A stretch of 64,000 nt of DNA from Squalus acanthias (lineage: Eukaryota), in the NCBI GenBank assembly GCA_030390025.1, contig CM059438.1, positions 19,468,001 to 19,532,000 on the forward strand, in the 5' to 3' direction. A program made the translations under genes and the position numbers. The notes beneath the pieces are model-generated. The model was not told the DNA's origin. It searched no databases and saw only the letters and a program-made list of their open reading frames with translations. This document shows, in pieces, positions 26,813 through 40,525 of this stretch (position 1 is the first letter of the stretch; each line of letters begins with the position of its first letter).

Positions 26813-28102
26813 CTGCCAACAGAGAGGTGCAGATATATTAAAAATAGCAAGTGATGCCATTTATATTCTTGCTAATATACTACACTATACTCTATGAAAG
26901 AAGCAAATTTTTATGGGTTAATTGTGTTAAGTCAACACAAATGTATTTGAAAACCATAATGCATTAGCATAGCAACAGAAAAATTAACCTGTGTGTTACA
27001 TTAAACCTATAACTCTACATAGTGAAGACATAAATATGTTAAAACATTGTAGAAAAAGCATCCTATTACAGTCTTACCTGCTTCATTTTGATTTTGAAAT
27101 GTTACTGTCCTCATCAAATAGATTTGTTCAAAGTATTGAAAATGCAATATTAGACTATATCAGAGATTTCATGTATATTTTGTTATCTGCCCAAACTGCA
27201 CAATATTCCAAAATGTAATATAATACAGTATCAGAAAACAGGATTGCAAATTTAAACATCCAGTAAATGTTCATTTCAATCCAAAATCTCCTACCTGATA
27301 TATTTGCCACAAGTTTCGATAGGTCATGCTGTAAACATAAACCCCATTAACATAATGCGTGGCAGAAATGCAGACTACAGGTCTGAACTACTATTAACAT
27401 GTAAATAGTGACTCGTTGGTGGGTACAGTAATAACCTGCACACCCGAGGTTAATAGTAAAAGTATTATTGTTCGCTCAAGGTCAACTTTGTAACCCAAGA
27501 GGCAATGGTTAACTTTATAGCCTGAAAACTACAGTTAATATTTGTAATTAGCTTCAGACTCACATTTATTTAAAAAAATCTGACAACAACAAAGACTGAA
27601 AAGAACACAGATTCTGTACTTTTTGTATTCTTCGACAACAAACAATGGTAACGGATGTTCTCCAAAATCAAGTGTACACATTTTCAGTGTGTAGCAGTAT
27701 TCAGTGCCAAATGTCACTATAAACCCTTTCATCGATTCTGGATAGACTATAACTATTGTGGATTGTGACCATCAGCAGGAAACCATCTCTTTTTATTGTC
27801 CTTTGATGTCACTTGTGGAAGATTACTGATTGTTGGTGCCAATTAGCTGGCAACAGTGAAAATGCTTTTCTTCAAACAATGAGTCTTCAGTCGATCAAGA
27901 TTATAAGTTGTCTAACAGTCTTTATTGCATCAAATAAATATAGTTTACAATGCATAATCATCCACAGCTTACCCATGAGGCAAAAAGGAGCTGCTTTTGC
28001 TTATTTTATAATATTTATGAACAAAACATGTGCAAGGGGCACTAAATTGTGTTAAACATGTACGCTGAACAACATTACGATCAAGTATTATTGTAAGCTT
28101 AC

Positions 28103-28208
28103 CGCATTGGATGTTAAAGTGAGAATTCGGTCCAAATCTTCAACCAACTGTTTGAAAGTTGGTCGCTGTGAAGGGATAGCATGCCAGCAATCGCGCATCA
28201 TCATGTAC
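28103..28208 (-). CDS. FGFR2: FGFR2 exon 18, 106 bp
   Basis: ctgtag|GTACATG...AATGCG|gtaagc; encodes [35 protein letters not shown]. Confidence 0.97.
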
Positions 28209-29169
28209 CTACAGCACAGACAAGAAATGGATTTTCCTCATCATACCACTTTGTAGTAAAATTGGCACAAACTTGTAATACAAACAGTAAAAGTTTTCTC
28301 TGCATAGCTTAGCAACTTTTTGTAATGTAGCCACAGATTATCTGGGCCAAATCAGAGTGTAAAGATTAATGGCTATATTTCCTTTTCATTTCTAATCTAT
28401 CAACAACTTTCAGTGATCAAAAATGGCCATAGTTCCAAGACTTTTAACCTAACTTTTAGTGTCCAGGGAAAACTGCAGACTAGTGTATTATTGGCAAGTA
28501 GCCTGAAGACTGTAGAAATATACTTGGATGGACCTGATATTTAATTCTCAGAAATTCCATCATCAATTGCTTTTTATTTTGCAGTTTTCAAAAACAGTTT
28601 TAAAATGAATGTCTGCAAATAAATAAGTACCGCTAGTAAATAATGTTTAGACATACAATAACATTGTTATCTAGTAGGTAAACCAAGATCACCAAGACCT
28701 GGGAGAGTCCTGCCAAATGTGCTCAGCTTTTTGGCAGGTTAATTGTCATGAATAAAAAGAGAGTTGTTTCTCCCTGCTGAATGCTGTAAGAGTTTGTATG
28801 TCTGATTCATGGGTGTAGGTTGGGCACTTGTGCCATGAGAAATCCCATTTAAGTGGGCCACCATTAGGAGTGGCTGGCGCTTCCCTAAACACCACCTAAA
28901 TACCCAAGCTGTTGTTAATTCAAGACAGGGCCTTAAAGTTACAGTCACAAGTCTTTACCTATTGCTAATGGATAGCACATTTCAAATGATATTCTGGAAT
29001 TGCCACTGATTCATTTGTGAACACAACTGTCATGGAATAGAACTTCAAACCTCTGAACACTTCAGCAATTTTTTAAAGCTTTCTAATGAATGTTTTAGGT
29101 GAAATTTTTGAATTCACATAAGGGATGTTAGTGCTGGGAAATGGAATGCTTTTCTAGCTTTGGCACTAA

Positions 29170-30580
29170 GGCCGCGATTTCCCCTACCTCGGCGGGTCCG
29201 TGGCGGGCGACGTCGGTGGTGTGTCCCGGCCTCGCTGCTGGCTCCAGCCCGCTGTCCAAAATGATTTTCCCCTGATTGGGCTTGTTAAGCCCGCCCAGCG
29301 CGTTTGCCAGCCAATTGAAGGAAGCGGGTCTGACGACATCATTTGATGATGCGGCATCAGCCTGTTTCCTTAAAGGGACCACAGCCACATTGATTTTGAC
29401 AGTTATGTTGTCAGTGTTCTACAGCATTGAGGTGTTGCAAACACTGACAAGCTCTGCACAAAGGTGCACGGCTGCACCCAGGCTCTCCCATGACTCCCTC
29501 CATATGCTTATGGAGGGAGTCACAGCACACAGGGAGGTTCTCTTCCCTTCCAATGGGCAGAAGAGACCTCCCCAGGAGATCAACGCAGCCTGGTTGCACA
29601 TTGCACAGGAGGACACAAGCATTGTGAAACATTGAAATCTTTATTTTCAACACTTTGCGTTCTTGGACAGATCTGTCTGCACCTTTGGAAGTGGCTTAGT
29701 GAGTTGCAGTGAATGGTGAGACATAACGGTACCCCCCGCAATGGTCATGAGTGTGAAAGGAATGGCTTGGGCATTGTAAGGATGCTTTATGGTGTTGGTG
29801 TGGGGTGGTGCCAACCTGGCGCATCATGTGGCAGCCAGGGTGTACAGCGTCAAGTGAAGTAAATCTGGCCATGGGGAGGCCATCCCTGGCCTCCCGGGCA
29901 GCAATGTGCTCGGGTGCTGATGCCTTCTGTCCTGTGCAGCATCAGTTGATTGCGGAGAAGGTTGGTGTTGTTGTTGGTGCTGCTGCTGGTGTGCCTGGTG
30001 CTGCTGGTGTTGGGGCTGATAGTGCTGGGATAGTTTCAAGGGCACCGATGCTGATGTAATAGATGGCAGGTGAACTTGAGATGACAGAAGCGATCTGTCA
30101 ATGGTGAGAGAGGTTGTTCCAATGAGGTGACACTGGATAGAGAGTTTACTCCAAACACTTGCAACCTGCATAAAGACCAATCTGTCTTCCAAATGCAGTA
30201 AGCAACAGCTTCTGAGCTTGGAAAGTGAACAGCTGTGTGATGAGAGCTTTTATAGCACATTTGCAGCTGTCTAGTAATGAGATGATTCCACGGTCATACA
30301 ACTCCCGACCTGCTTACCTGACGTGATCCCCGAGTAGCGTGGACCCCGTGGGCGACCTCGTAAAATGTAAAGGTGAGCTCAAAATACTTCTTAATGGGCT
30401 GTTAACAAGGTCATAATGACCTGAATAGCCTCCCCCCGCTGCTGCATGTTGGGTCTGTTCAGTGCTGACAGACCCGACATCTGGGAAAGGCATGTGGTGG
30501 TGGGTTGACAGCAGGGTCCCGACCCGCTGTCAAAAGAAAATTTCCCACCCGACCCGCTGACCCCTCGAAAAATTCCCCCC
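29170..30580. mobile_element. Internally deleted Harbinger transposon with Myb/SANT (+) and transposase (-) remnants, in FGFR2 intron 17
   Basis: TSD TAA at 29167-29169 and 30581-30583; imperfect TIRs; + strand AAPRLSHDSLHMLMEGVTAHREVLFPSNGQKRPPQEINAAWLHIAQE; - strand AAREARDGLPMARF. Confidence 0.7.
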
Positions 30581-30733
30581 TAAGCGTCACCTTTAACAAT
30601 TCCAAGGTAAGGTGTAACATAGCCAGATGCAGAATAAAGCTCCTTCTACTCGTCTCTAATCCCAATTTCAGAAAGGCTTTCCTTACTTTCACAAATGTGA
30701 CATTTTCTATTCCCACAACAGCCATTCGTATGA

Positions 30734-31358
30734 GGGCAGATTTTCTTGGCACCTTTCTGCCCGGGTGTTGGGCAAGAGCAGCACACCCATAGTCCGTTGC
30801 TCTTGTCCAGGACAAAAGTGGAAGCATTTCCTGTCTCAGATCATTAACATGATTTGGAGGCCCCTCAGCACTGGCCCACTCCCCTAGCAGGGCCTAGTGC
30901 TGCCAGAAGGGAGAGGAATTTTGAGCAAATCTGTGTCAGGCCTCAGACTGGGGCCTTCTTGCTGCTAATGGAGCTGCATGCAAACATCCTTGAGGTGGGG
31001 TGGGGGGGGGAAGTGGGGTGGAGAAAAATGTAAAACATTCCACCATAGAGCGTTCAGTCAGCAGCAGGGGTCTAGGAGCTGGCCACAGTGCCATGTTTCA
31101 CTCGGCACCCCTTTGGCAAGCTGCCTGGTGAGGGCTGTCCCAGGAAATTGGGGTGGGAGGCTGGGAACATCCTCTCCTGCCACACCAGCATCAATGCAGG
31201 CACAGGACCAGCTCACCCTCTCCAGGGATATTTCAGAAATCGCAGGACAACATAAAGGGAGTGGAGACCCTGCAAAATCAGCCTCCGCCCCTTTTTCATG
31301 ACCTTCGCACCTGGGGAAATCAGCATTCCCCAGGGAAAAGATCAGGAAAATTGGCTCC
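30734..31358. mobile_element. Decayed Harbinger-type MITE
   Basis: Ends GGGCAGATTTTC / GAAAATTGGCTCC. Confidence 0.45.
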
Positions 31359-31468
31359 ACAGGCATCTCTAAGTGAGATTGCTAATTTAGGGGGAGATTT
31401 TCCATTCCCGTGCCATGCCATGCACAGAAAACCAGGGCCAGAGGCTGGGTACCCAAAATGTGCTGGTA

Positions 31469-31866
31469 GCATAGAAGATAGGAGCAGGAGTAGGCCATTC
31501 GGCCCCTCGAGCCTGCTCCACCATTTAATGAGATCATGGCTGATCATCCAAATTCAGTACCCTGTCCCTGCTTTCTCCCCATATCCCTTTAGCCTTAAGA
31601 AATATATCTATCTCCTTCTTGAATATATTTAATGAATTGGCCTCAACTGCCTTCTGTGGTAGAGAATTCCACAGGTTCACCACTCTCTGGGTGAAGAAAT
31701 TCCTCCTCATCTCAGTCCTAAATGGCTTACCCTGTGACTGTGACTTATCCTTAGACTGTGACCCCTGGTTCTGGACTCCCCCGCCATCGGGAACATCCTT
31801 CCTGCATCTAGTCTGTCTAGTCCTGTTAGAATTTTATAAGTTTCAATGAGATCCCCTCTCATTCTA
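31469..31866 (-). mobile_element. CR1 LINE 3' fragment
   Basis: Reverse complement closely matches 61640-62030. Confidence 0.85.
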
Positions 31867-32014
31867 AACTGGTAGTGCATTCAGGGATGAGAAGTACATG
31901 TGAAATAGACAACGATGTGTGGTGTGCAATCTTTGGGCCATCCACATCCATTATATTCTATGGTTCTGCCTTACAAAACCATTAAAACATAGTATCACAG
32001 AGTTATGAAGCTTA

Positions 32015-32161
<147 letters not shown>

Positions 32162-34333
32162 TTAATCAGAATTAGTAAGAGTTTCCAGAATGTTCACTCT
32201 CTTCTAACTTCTCTCTCTCTCCCCCCACCGCTCAAATGTTCTTCCCTTAGCTCAACTCTACTGAAGACAATGACTCATGCAATGGTACAATTCTATGGGC
32301 GCTGGTAGTCTATTAGCACCTCATCTAGGTGACTGTTTTGCATGCATCTGTGGATTACTTTGTTATGGGGCATCATAGCCAAGTCCAATTTTGCCTTCAC
32401 CTGATGTCCACAATACATTTACATTTTACAACAAGAATAACTGAACAGTGAGCAAGAGATCAATAGATGTATCCATTCCCTAGCTCAGGGATGCTGAGGC
32501 CCTTTGTAACATCCATACTGGTACCCCAGCTGACAATGGTTAATGCAACACAGACCAGGGATTGAAGCTTGGACCTTCTTGCTCCGTATAGTTCAGTACT
32601 GCACCGCAGGGTTTTATGTACTGAGGCCACCAAAGGAGACCAGTTTCTGTTTTTTGTTGAACATTTCATGATTTGAAGACCTGGCCGGATTATTAATGAT
32701 TCCATTTGCTCATATTTTCACAAAGAATGCCAAATCACAATTTTATTTTTAGGAAATTTGGTCTCCAGTTACATTTCCTTCCTTTATTAAATGAACACAA
32801 ACAGAATTCAGCACTTGTATTTTTGTTAAACGGTAAATGAGTCTCACCGGAGTTTTAAACCAAAGCTAGGCACGTTGTTTTTTTTAAAAATCAGGTGCTT
32901 GTCTTAATATTCTGCAGAACATTTAGGAAGACTTAACCTGATAGCCCACTTCCTCAGCGAGTTATGCTGATCCCATGTTTTTAAAACTACAAGACTTGCT
33001 GACAGTCCAGATCAGACGACAAGTTAATGAGCTCTTCAATGTGAAATTCAAAGATTAGCAAGTTTAGGTTGTTGATGGGATGAAGCATGTGCTGGACAGA
33101 CAAAGTGAAATTATTCTTTAGCTCTACATCTGTGAACTTCAATAAAACTTTCTACGGTAACAGAGGTAAGTAACAGTTTAATTTCCCTATGTGCTTTGAA
33201 GATAGATTAGTATCAGCGTTGGTCATCAGTCTACCATGAAATCGTTACTTTTGGTGCACGCATTTCCTTTAACTTAATCCGTACAAAGGATCGATCATGC
33301 TGCAAGCAATTAAGAATTAGTTGCTGGTTGACAAAAGCAGAAAAATGAGATTTATTTCACTGTTGAGTATTGTAGACATCACGGGTATGATGAAAGAATT
33401 TTTCAGTATAAAAAGCAGCTTTTTTTTAGCATTATATACAAGAGGAACAGTCTTTTACAGTTCTGAATTGACCATTTTTCAGAGTATAATACTTACATTT
33501 GGACACATTTCAGAAAGGCCTCATTTGATGCTTCTAACCCTACATTAAAACTAGATTCTCCCACCTGGGTTAAAACAATTAATGATTTAAAAATAGCTGC
33601 TTTCATTCTCCACCCCACCTACCAACATACATATGTACACATAAATCTAGTTCCTGGATACGTTCCTCTGTGGCCTCAACGCTGCACCATAACTGATAAA
33701 CTAAAGTTATTTTTGCACTGACACTTGTTTAGATAGGATTCCGAGCCAATGTTAGTGAGTCGACTTCTGTTACTTAAACTACCAAATCTATCTGCCTTAT
33801 CCCAATGGGAGAATCATAGTTCCAGGGAAAACTGGGTCTATGATTCTGCTGCCAGGATAAGGGATTCAGGGTATAAATATGAGGAGACAGCTCATGGATG
33901 CTGGTATTTCAAGAAATCAAACTAAGCGAGCACCAGTATAAGAATTTTGCTTTAGGGTCAACTTTTATTTCCTCTCTCAGATCTGCACAAAAATGCCAAA
34001 TCTGTCCCCAAGTTTAGAGTCTCAATAAAATGTCCTGCTTCTGTTTTAGATTTTGAAGTACAGTAAAACAGAATTGTCATGCTAAAATAATTTTCAATTA
34101 TTTAATTGCACACACACACACACATATATATCTATCTCTGGGGAGGTAAAGAGAAAATTTACCAATATGCAAATATTCTCATTTTCCATTATTTACAAAA
34201 CTGGGTGGCAATAAATCTGCAGCATTTGTGTCAAATACAATACAGCCTGGCAGCCCTGACAAACCGGCTACAATAAATTGATTATTAAAAGCGAGAATGC
34301 ATATTTCCATTTGGTGGAGTCATCAGTACTTAC

Positions 34334-34404
34334 ACATCACTCTGGTGCGTGTAAACTCTGTCAAAAAGAGCTTCAGGAGCCATCCATTTAACTGGCAGTC
34401 GACC
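34334..34404 (-). CDS. FGFR2: FGFR2 exon 16, 71 bp
   Basis: ttttag|GGTCGACTG...GATGT|gtaagt; encodes GRLPVKWMAPEALFDRVYTHQSDV. Confidence 0.97.
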
Positions 34405-34489
34405 CTAAAACACAAACAATTTTATAAACAAAAAATACTGTGGTAGAAAATGTTTAAGCAATGTCATATCTGAATAATCTTAAAACTAG

Positions 34490-34760
34490 AGCTAGGCCAT
34501 TTAGGAGTGAAATCAGGAAGCACCTTTTTTCCCCACAGAAAGGGTAGTGGAAATCTGGAACACTCGCCCCTAAAAGGCTGGGAATGCTAAGCCAATTGAA
34601 ATATTCAAGACTGAGAACGATAGATTTTTGTGAGGTAAGGGTAATAAATGATATTGAGCAATGGCGGGTAAATGAAGTTGAGCTACGGATCAGTCATGAG
34701 CTAACTGAATGGCACAAGACTCGGGCTGAATGGTCTACTCTTGTTTCTATGTTCCTATCT
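34490..34760 (+). mobile_element. CR1 LINE 3' fragment
   Basis: aggccatttaggagtgaaatcaggaagcac...gggctgaatggtctactcttgtttctatgttcctat. Confidence 0.7.
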
Positions 34761-35269
34761 TAGCGATAGTTCATTCAACAGGTTATAACCTACAAATTAC
34801 AGCTCTTTGTGGGGCAGAATTCAGGCAGCGCTTTGGTGAATGTTCAACTGACAGCAGACATGGGGCCTTGTGAGTCTACAAAAGGCTGAAGATGAAAATG
34901 TGCACAATTAATCAATCCCAAAATGCCGAAGTTCCCTGCGGAGGAAATTTTATTTTTCTACTTTGATCTTCAGCCCAATAAAAGCCTCAGCCTCCGTGAT
35001 TCCGACAGCACAGCAGGCTGGATGCCTCTGTTGTGCCTCAATAGGCATGGGTCACCTGCCTCAATTATTCCAATGACACTGTCCCTGCAGTTTGCAACAG
35101 GGTCATGGCAAGGCCAAAGCAACTTGCAGAAGTCCACTCAATCGCTCATATAAACTAATTTCAGCTTCTAAATGTCCAGAACTTAAACCTTTATTAATAT
35201 TTTTATATATATTTTGTTCCATTTCTCTTACGTCACATGCAATTTCCTGGATAAGAGAAGGCCTATCAC

Positions 35270-35592
35270 TTACTCCAAGGTATCTGTTGCAGTTACACAT
35301 CCAATGGTGTAGGGGAATGCAGGAGCCAATTTGTACACAGTTTTAGTGATGTTAGTTAATGGATAAATATTGGCCAGGATGCTGATAGAACTCACCTGCT
35401 GTTCTTCAAATAGTGCCATGGGATCTTTTATATCTACCCAAGAGAGCAGATGTCTCATCCGAAAGATGGCACCTCCGACAGTGCATCATTCCCCAAGTAC
35501 TGCCAGCCTGGATTTTATGGTCAAGTCTCTGAAGTGGTACTTGAACCTGCAACCTTTTGACTGAGGAGTGAGAGTGCTACCACTGAGCCAAG
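35270..35592 (-). mobile_element. DeuSINE
   Basis: aatagtgccatgggatcttttat... and gagagtgctaccactgagcca (reverse complement of the tRNA-like head). Confidence 0.7.
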
Positions 35593-37035
35593 GCTAACAA
35601 CTGACACTGTAGGTGATTTAACTTACATTTCTCTCTCCCTCCAACTACAAACTGTTGGGAAATGCTTTGCCACCACTTGCTATCTCTTCAAATTGACCAA
35701 GAACGGGAACACACTGTGGTGTAATAAAATGGTGTGCTACCTCACTGTAGGTCCTGCCACTAGTTTCTGCCTCGCTTATACTGGCCCTGAGATTCCTTGG
35801 GCACCTGACGGCACCCTCCAACATTATCTCCGCTGGAGTTTGTGGAGTCAGCAGGAGGGCACCTCATTTGCAATGGCCAGGCTGGCGCAATTGCCACTTC
35901 GGGCACATTTTTAGCAACTGTTTGCTAATGAATGCCGGAAACTCTGGACCCACTCCCTGACCCTGATAATGTTTCTATTGGCCCCCCCTAGCAAGGGGAC
36001 AGATTTGGCTAAATCTTTTGAAAAAATTCTAATTCTTCAAGTAGGCGCAAATGTCATTCGCTTGTCACAGCAACCACCACTGAAAAACGGCAGGTTCAGA
36101 TTGAGCCTCAGGAATGGGAACTCTCGGCTTATTTAAAAAATTGCATTCTAAAACGCTGCCCGATTAAGCTGGTTCATGGCAGATTTTGCATTTGCCGATA
36201 TGCAAACATGTTCGAGCGTAAACTTGAGAAAAAACTAGCACAATTTGCGCCCGGATTGCCTATTGCACCCAAAGCAGAAACTCTATGCAGCATAGTATAA
36301 CTGATTTGGAGTTGCTGACTATATATATGCACCTCCAAACTCATACAGCCATGACCCCAACCCTGATGGGTGTGATTTTCAACTGAACAGGATTACACAC
36401 TGTTTAATGTGTGCTTAATAGCAACAGGAGATTGTTCCAGTTTAGCATTAAATTGGCAGTCTAACAAAACAATAAATATCAATGAAATATTAAAAATCAA
36501 CTGTAAAAACAGTGCAGTATGGCCATTTACTATGTAGTGGCCAAAACAGCTCAAGTAAGGCAACGTAACAATAAAGACGGTTTTAATTCAATAGTCTGTA
36601 GATTTTGTCAGAGAACTGGTCAAGTGGAACTACACAGCAATAAAATCCCTATAAATATGGCAGTCACTATTTCAATGACCTTGACTGTAATTTGGCAGAC
36701 ATTTTGGCTACATTTGAATAGAATGCTACAAGTGCTCGTTTCTGACTGCTGTTAGCAATATTGCAAGAGTGCATCCATGCTTGAAAATGTGCTGGAGAAA
36801 AAGTCAGAAACAGGAAGGAATTAAGAATAAACATTATCCGTAATGATCCATTGAAAAGAAACGGAGACTTTAGTAATTTAGTTGTTTTCCCATAGTCTCC
36901 TCTCACAACGTTTCTTTCCTGAACAAGCCAGAACCCTGTTCTCAGGACGATGCTTATGCTGCTCCACAGGCAGCTGCCAGGAGATATGTCAGACTAACCG
37001 GGCCAACTCACACCCTCCACGTACAGAAACACCTA

Positions 37036-37097
37036 GGGGGTGAAATTCTTCTCGTTAATACTTTTAGTGGACAACTAGTCAGGAGAATTTCACCCCC
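37036..37097. mobile_element. 62-bp mini-MITE
   Basis: Perfect 14-bp TIR GGGGGTGAAATTCT/AGAATTTCACCCCC. Confidence 0.6.
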
Positions 37098-37257
37098 CAA
37101 CCTCTATTCAGTGCCTCCCACGGTGGCTGGTGGCATGACTCAGATGAGGAAGTTAACGTGCAGAAAACTGCAGGGAATAAACCTGTGTCCTGCTATACTT
37201 GCTACTAAAATGAACAAGGCTTTAATAAGCAGCAAAAAGTAAAGAGGTCAATATTTA

Positions 37258-37437
<180 letters not shown>

Positions 37438-38303
37438 TTAATTTACATAAGTACGGCCTAGAAATTTGCTGCTACTGTGCCTGTTTTTCAGGTGCAAAGA
37501 CGTGAGGTGTGGGGAAGTGAGGGTTACAATAGCGGTGAGTATGAGGAGAAAGAGGTGGAGTGAAGTATGATGTAGTGATTGTAGGATGAGGGTCCTCGGA
37601 AACAACTTTTTACAATAATAGAGTGGTTTATTTTAGTGGTGGGGAACTGGGCAAGAGAAAGCTGTGTGGTTCCTCAACAAAGCACCTCAAAAATAACAAC
37701 CTCAGGATGAACAGCTCCTTTTCCTGGATTGATGATTCTGTTCTCCAGTCTCCCAATTTTATGCCTTTTCAAGAAGGCCCTAACAAGTTATGAATTAAAC
37801 TAGGATCAGTTTTCAGAATATGGACTGTTAATGGGAAGTAGGCCAAAATTAGTGCATAGCCAATGCCAGATAGACAACCATTCCCTTTTTGCCAGACTGG
37901 ATTCAAATTCTAATCTCATAGATGAAGAGTAATGACTGGGGCTGTGTCCATAAGCAGATGTCTATTCCTGCACTGAGAAATTCCTTAAAAATATTAGTGC
38001 AAGAGTCAAAAGTAATATTTTTTCTGTTTGTCCCCACTGGATACAAACTTTAGCAAGAAATTGTATGGTGCAATAATGCAGCATCAATCTTCGAGGGTTA
38101 GCACTTTAGTATAAATATTTAACTTATCAACAGTATTTAGAGTAGTTTGATAAGCAGATGTCTGCTGTCCTAATAGCAGTGATAATCAGGTGAGGATCTA
38201 GATTACACCTGAAAAACTACCTTTGTAAATTTGTATTCGTTTATCTAATATTTACAATACATTTTGCATTTCAGTGGACTTCGTCCTCTTCAAGGCTGCA
38301 TAC

Positions 38304-38494
38304 CTTTTGTGAAGCCAAGTATTCCATGCCCCTTGCCACTTGATAAGTGCAGGACACCAGGTCTTTGAACGTTAACTGTTCATCAGATACACGGTTTATA
38401 TCAAATGTATATTCCATACCAGGGGGACGCCTTGCCCGCAGGTACTCGCGCAGGTTGCCTTTGGCTGTGAATTCTACAATTACATACAATGGGC
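38304..38494 (-). CDS. FGFR2: FGFR2 exon 14 (hinge and kinase insert), 191 bp
   Basis: gtgcag|GCCCATTG...CAAAAG|gtatgc; encodes [63 protein letters not shown]. Confidence 0.97.
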
Positions 38495-38811
38495 CTGCAC
38501 AAAAACAAAGAGAGAGATAAATAAGCACATAGACAATATATACACATACTCATGCTCATATGAGATCTCATTTTCCACTTAAAACAAAGCAGGTAGGTGA
38601 GCCACTCTCAGGTCTGTGCCCATGCCAGTCTTTATCCAACTGCTAGAAAGTGCAATTGCTGGGTAGGGTGTTTCGCACAATGTTGTTTTCTCCCTCTCTT
38701 TAAGGATAGAGTCTAACTTCCATTTGGTAACTCTACTGAGATTGGCAGAAACCAGGAGTCATAGGTATGAACTCCTGTTCTATCCTTCTATGCTACAGTT
38801 TGCAAAAATCA

Positions 38812-39006
<195 letters not shown>

Positions 39007-39376
39007 TTAGTTAAAACTGTTAACAGAACAGGTACATCATAGTTAATTTGGAAACACATACGAGCATATCTCTACTTCTCAAATTAGCTTTGGACTGAAG
39101 AGACATTTTATGGACTGTGTAATTCTTTCATTGGTTCAATAACCTTCAAAATGTAAAACAGACCACAATCCTTTCAAAAATAAGATGTCATAGCATCATT
39201 TAGTTAGTGGAGAAATACAGAAGTTTATTAGATTTGATTCAATGGAACTTCTTCTAACGATTCATCTAAATAGCCAAAATATTTTCACATGACCAAATAA
39301 ATGCAGAGGCCAAGTACTGAATCTGACCTTTCCAAGGTCAGCCTTCAATCCTCAAAAATAAATAAATGTGGTCTTA

Positions 39377-39532
<156 letters not shown>

Positions 39533-40525
39533 TTAGCACAGTTGGACTTCAAACCTTGTTTTGCTTTTAATTTTTGCGGAAATGGAAACTTTAATGTCCT
39601 GTGCAGCCAAAAAAGAATAATGTCCCCTCCATCAGTTAGGAGATTTACACAGCACCATAGTATGTTGCTAGAACGCACCAGGAAACCAATGCAGGTCAAG
39701 TAACAACTGGCAAGGCCAACTTTGTAAGTCATAATATCCACTGAAAATAGAGCAATATCTACCAGCTTAATGATTTATGGCTGTATCATTTAGATTAAAC
39801 ATTGTTAAGTACAATTGGAGGCTCAGTTTAACCTGTTTTTAAAATATATTTTCAATAATATCAGTTCTCTATAAAACAACCATGTTCCCATAAAGCATGC
39901 ATCTTTTTACATTATTGAACATCTACATTTTACTGAGAAAATATCACTTCAAGATCTCTATCAAATGTGTATTGTATTTTCAAACAGTGAAGTTATACAA
40001 ACATTGACATTTGCAGGTGGTCAATTTAAGTTCCATTAGTTAGTGTATTTACCAGAATTCTACAATCCTTTCATTGTGCTAGAAATGTGCCCAAGATCTA
40101 ATAAGTGACTCTCAAAGCTCTCTTTCATTGCAAACCTGCTCCACCTACATTAGTGTTAACCACTGTTTTCTTAAATGTCAATGCACTAGAATTTCCCAGG
40201 TTTAGTATGTCCCCCGAGGCTTCTAGGCAACAAGTAGGTTCACAGACGGCAGCACTAACCAGAATAATGCAGGCATTAATTAGAGTACATTGCTTTTTAG
40301 AGGCATCTAATTTAACTGAAATACTTGCTGGGAACAAATAGACCAAGAAGATTACATACTTTCTCACACCGACAGCTACAACTTTAAAACAAGCCAAGAC
40401 CATTTTTTAAATAAACATCATTTTCATCTTATTCCTTGAAGAATACTGTTTTACAAATACTTTTTAGGGGTCAGTCCCCTAACCTATCTGATTCTACCTC
40501 CCTCCATTTCATCTTTAGATCCATA

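Noticed and set aside
29824-30192. PolyQ/H ORF as an extra FGFR2 exon
   Set aside because: It lies inside a TSD-flanked transposon, and exons 17 and 18 already join in frame.
33810-33847. Small hairpin AGAATCATAG...CTATGATTCT as a pre-miRNA
   Set aside because: At 38 nt it is too short; probably chance or a repeat remnant.
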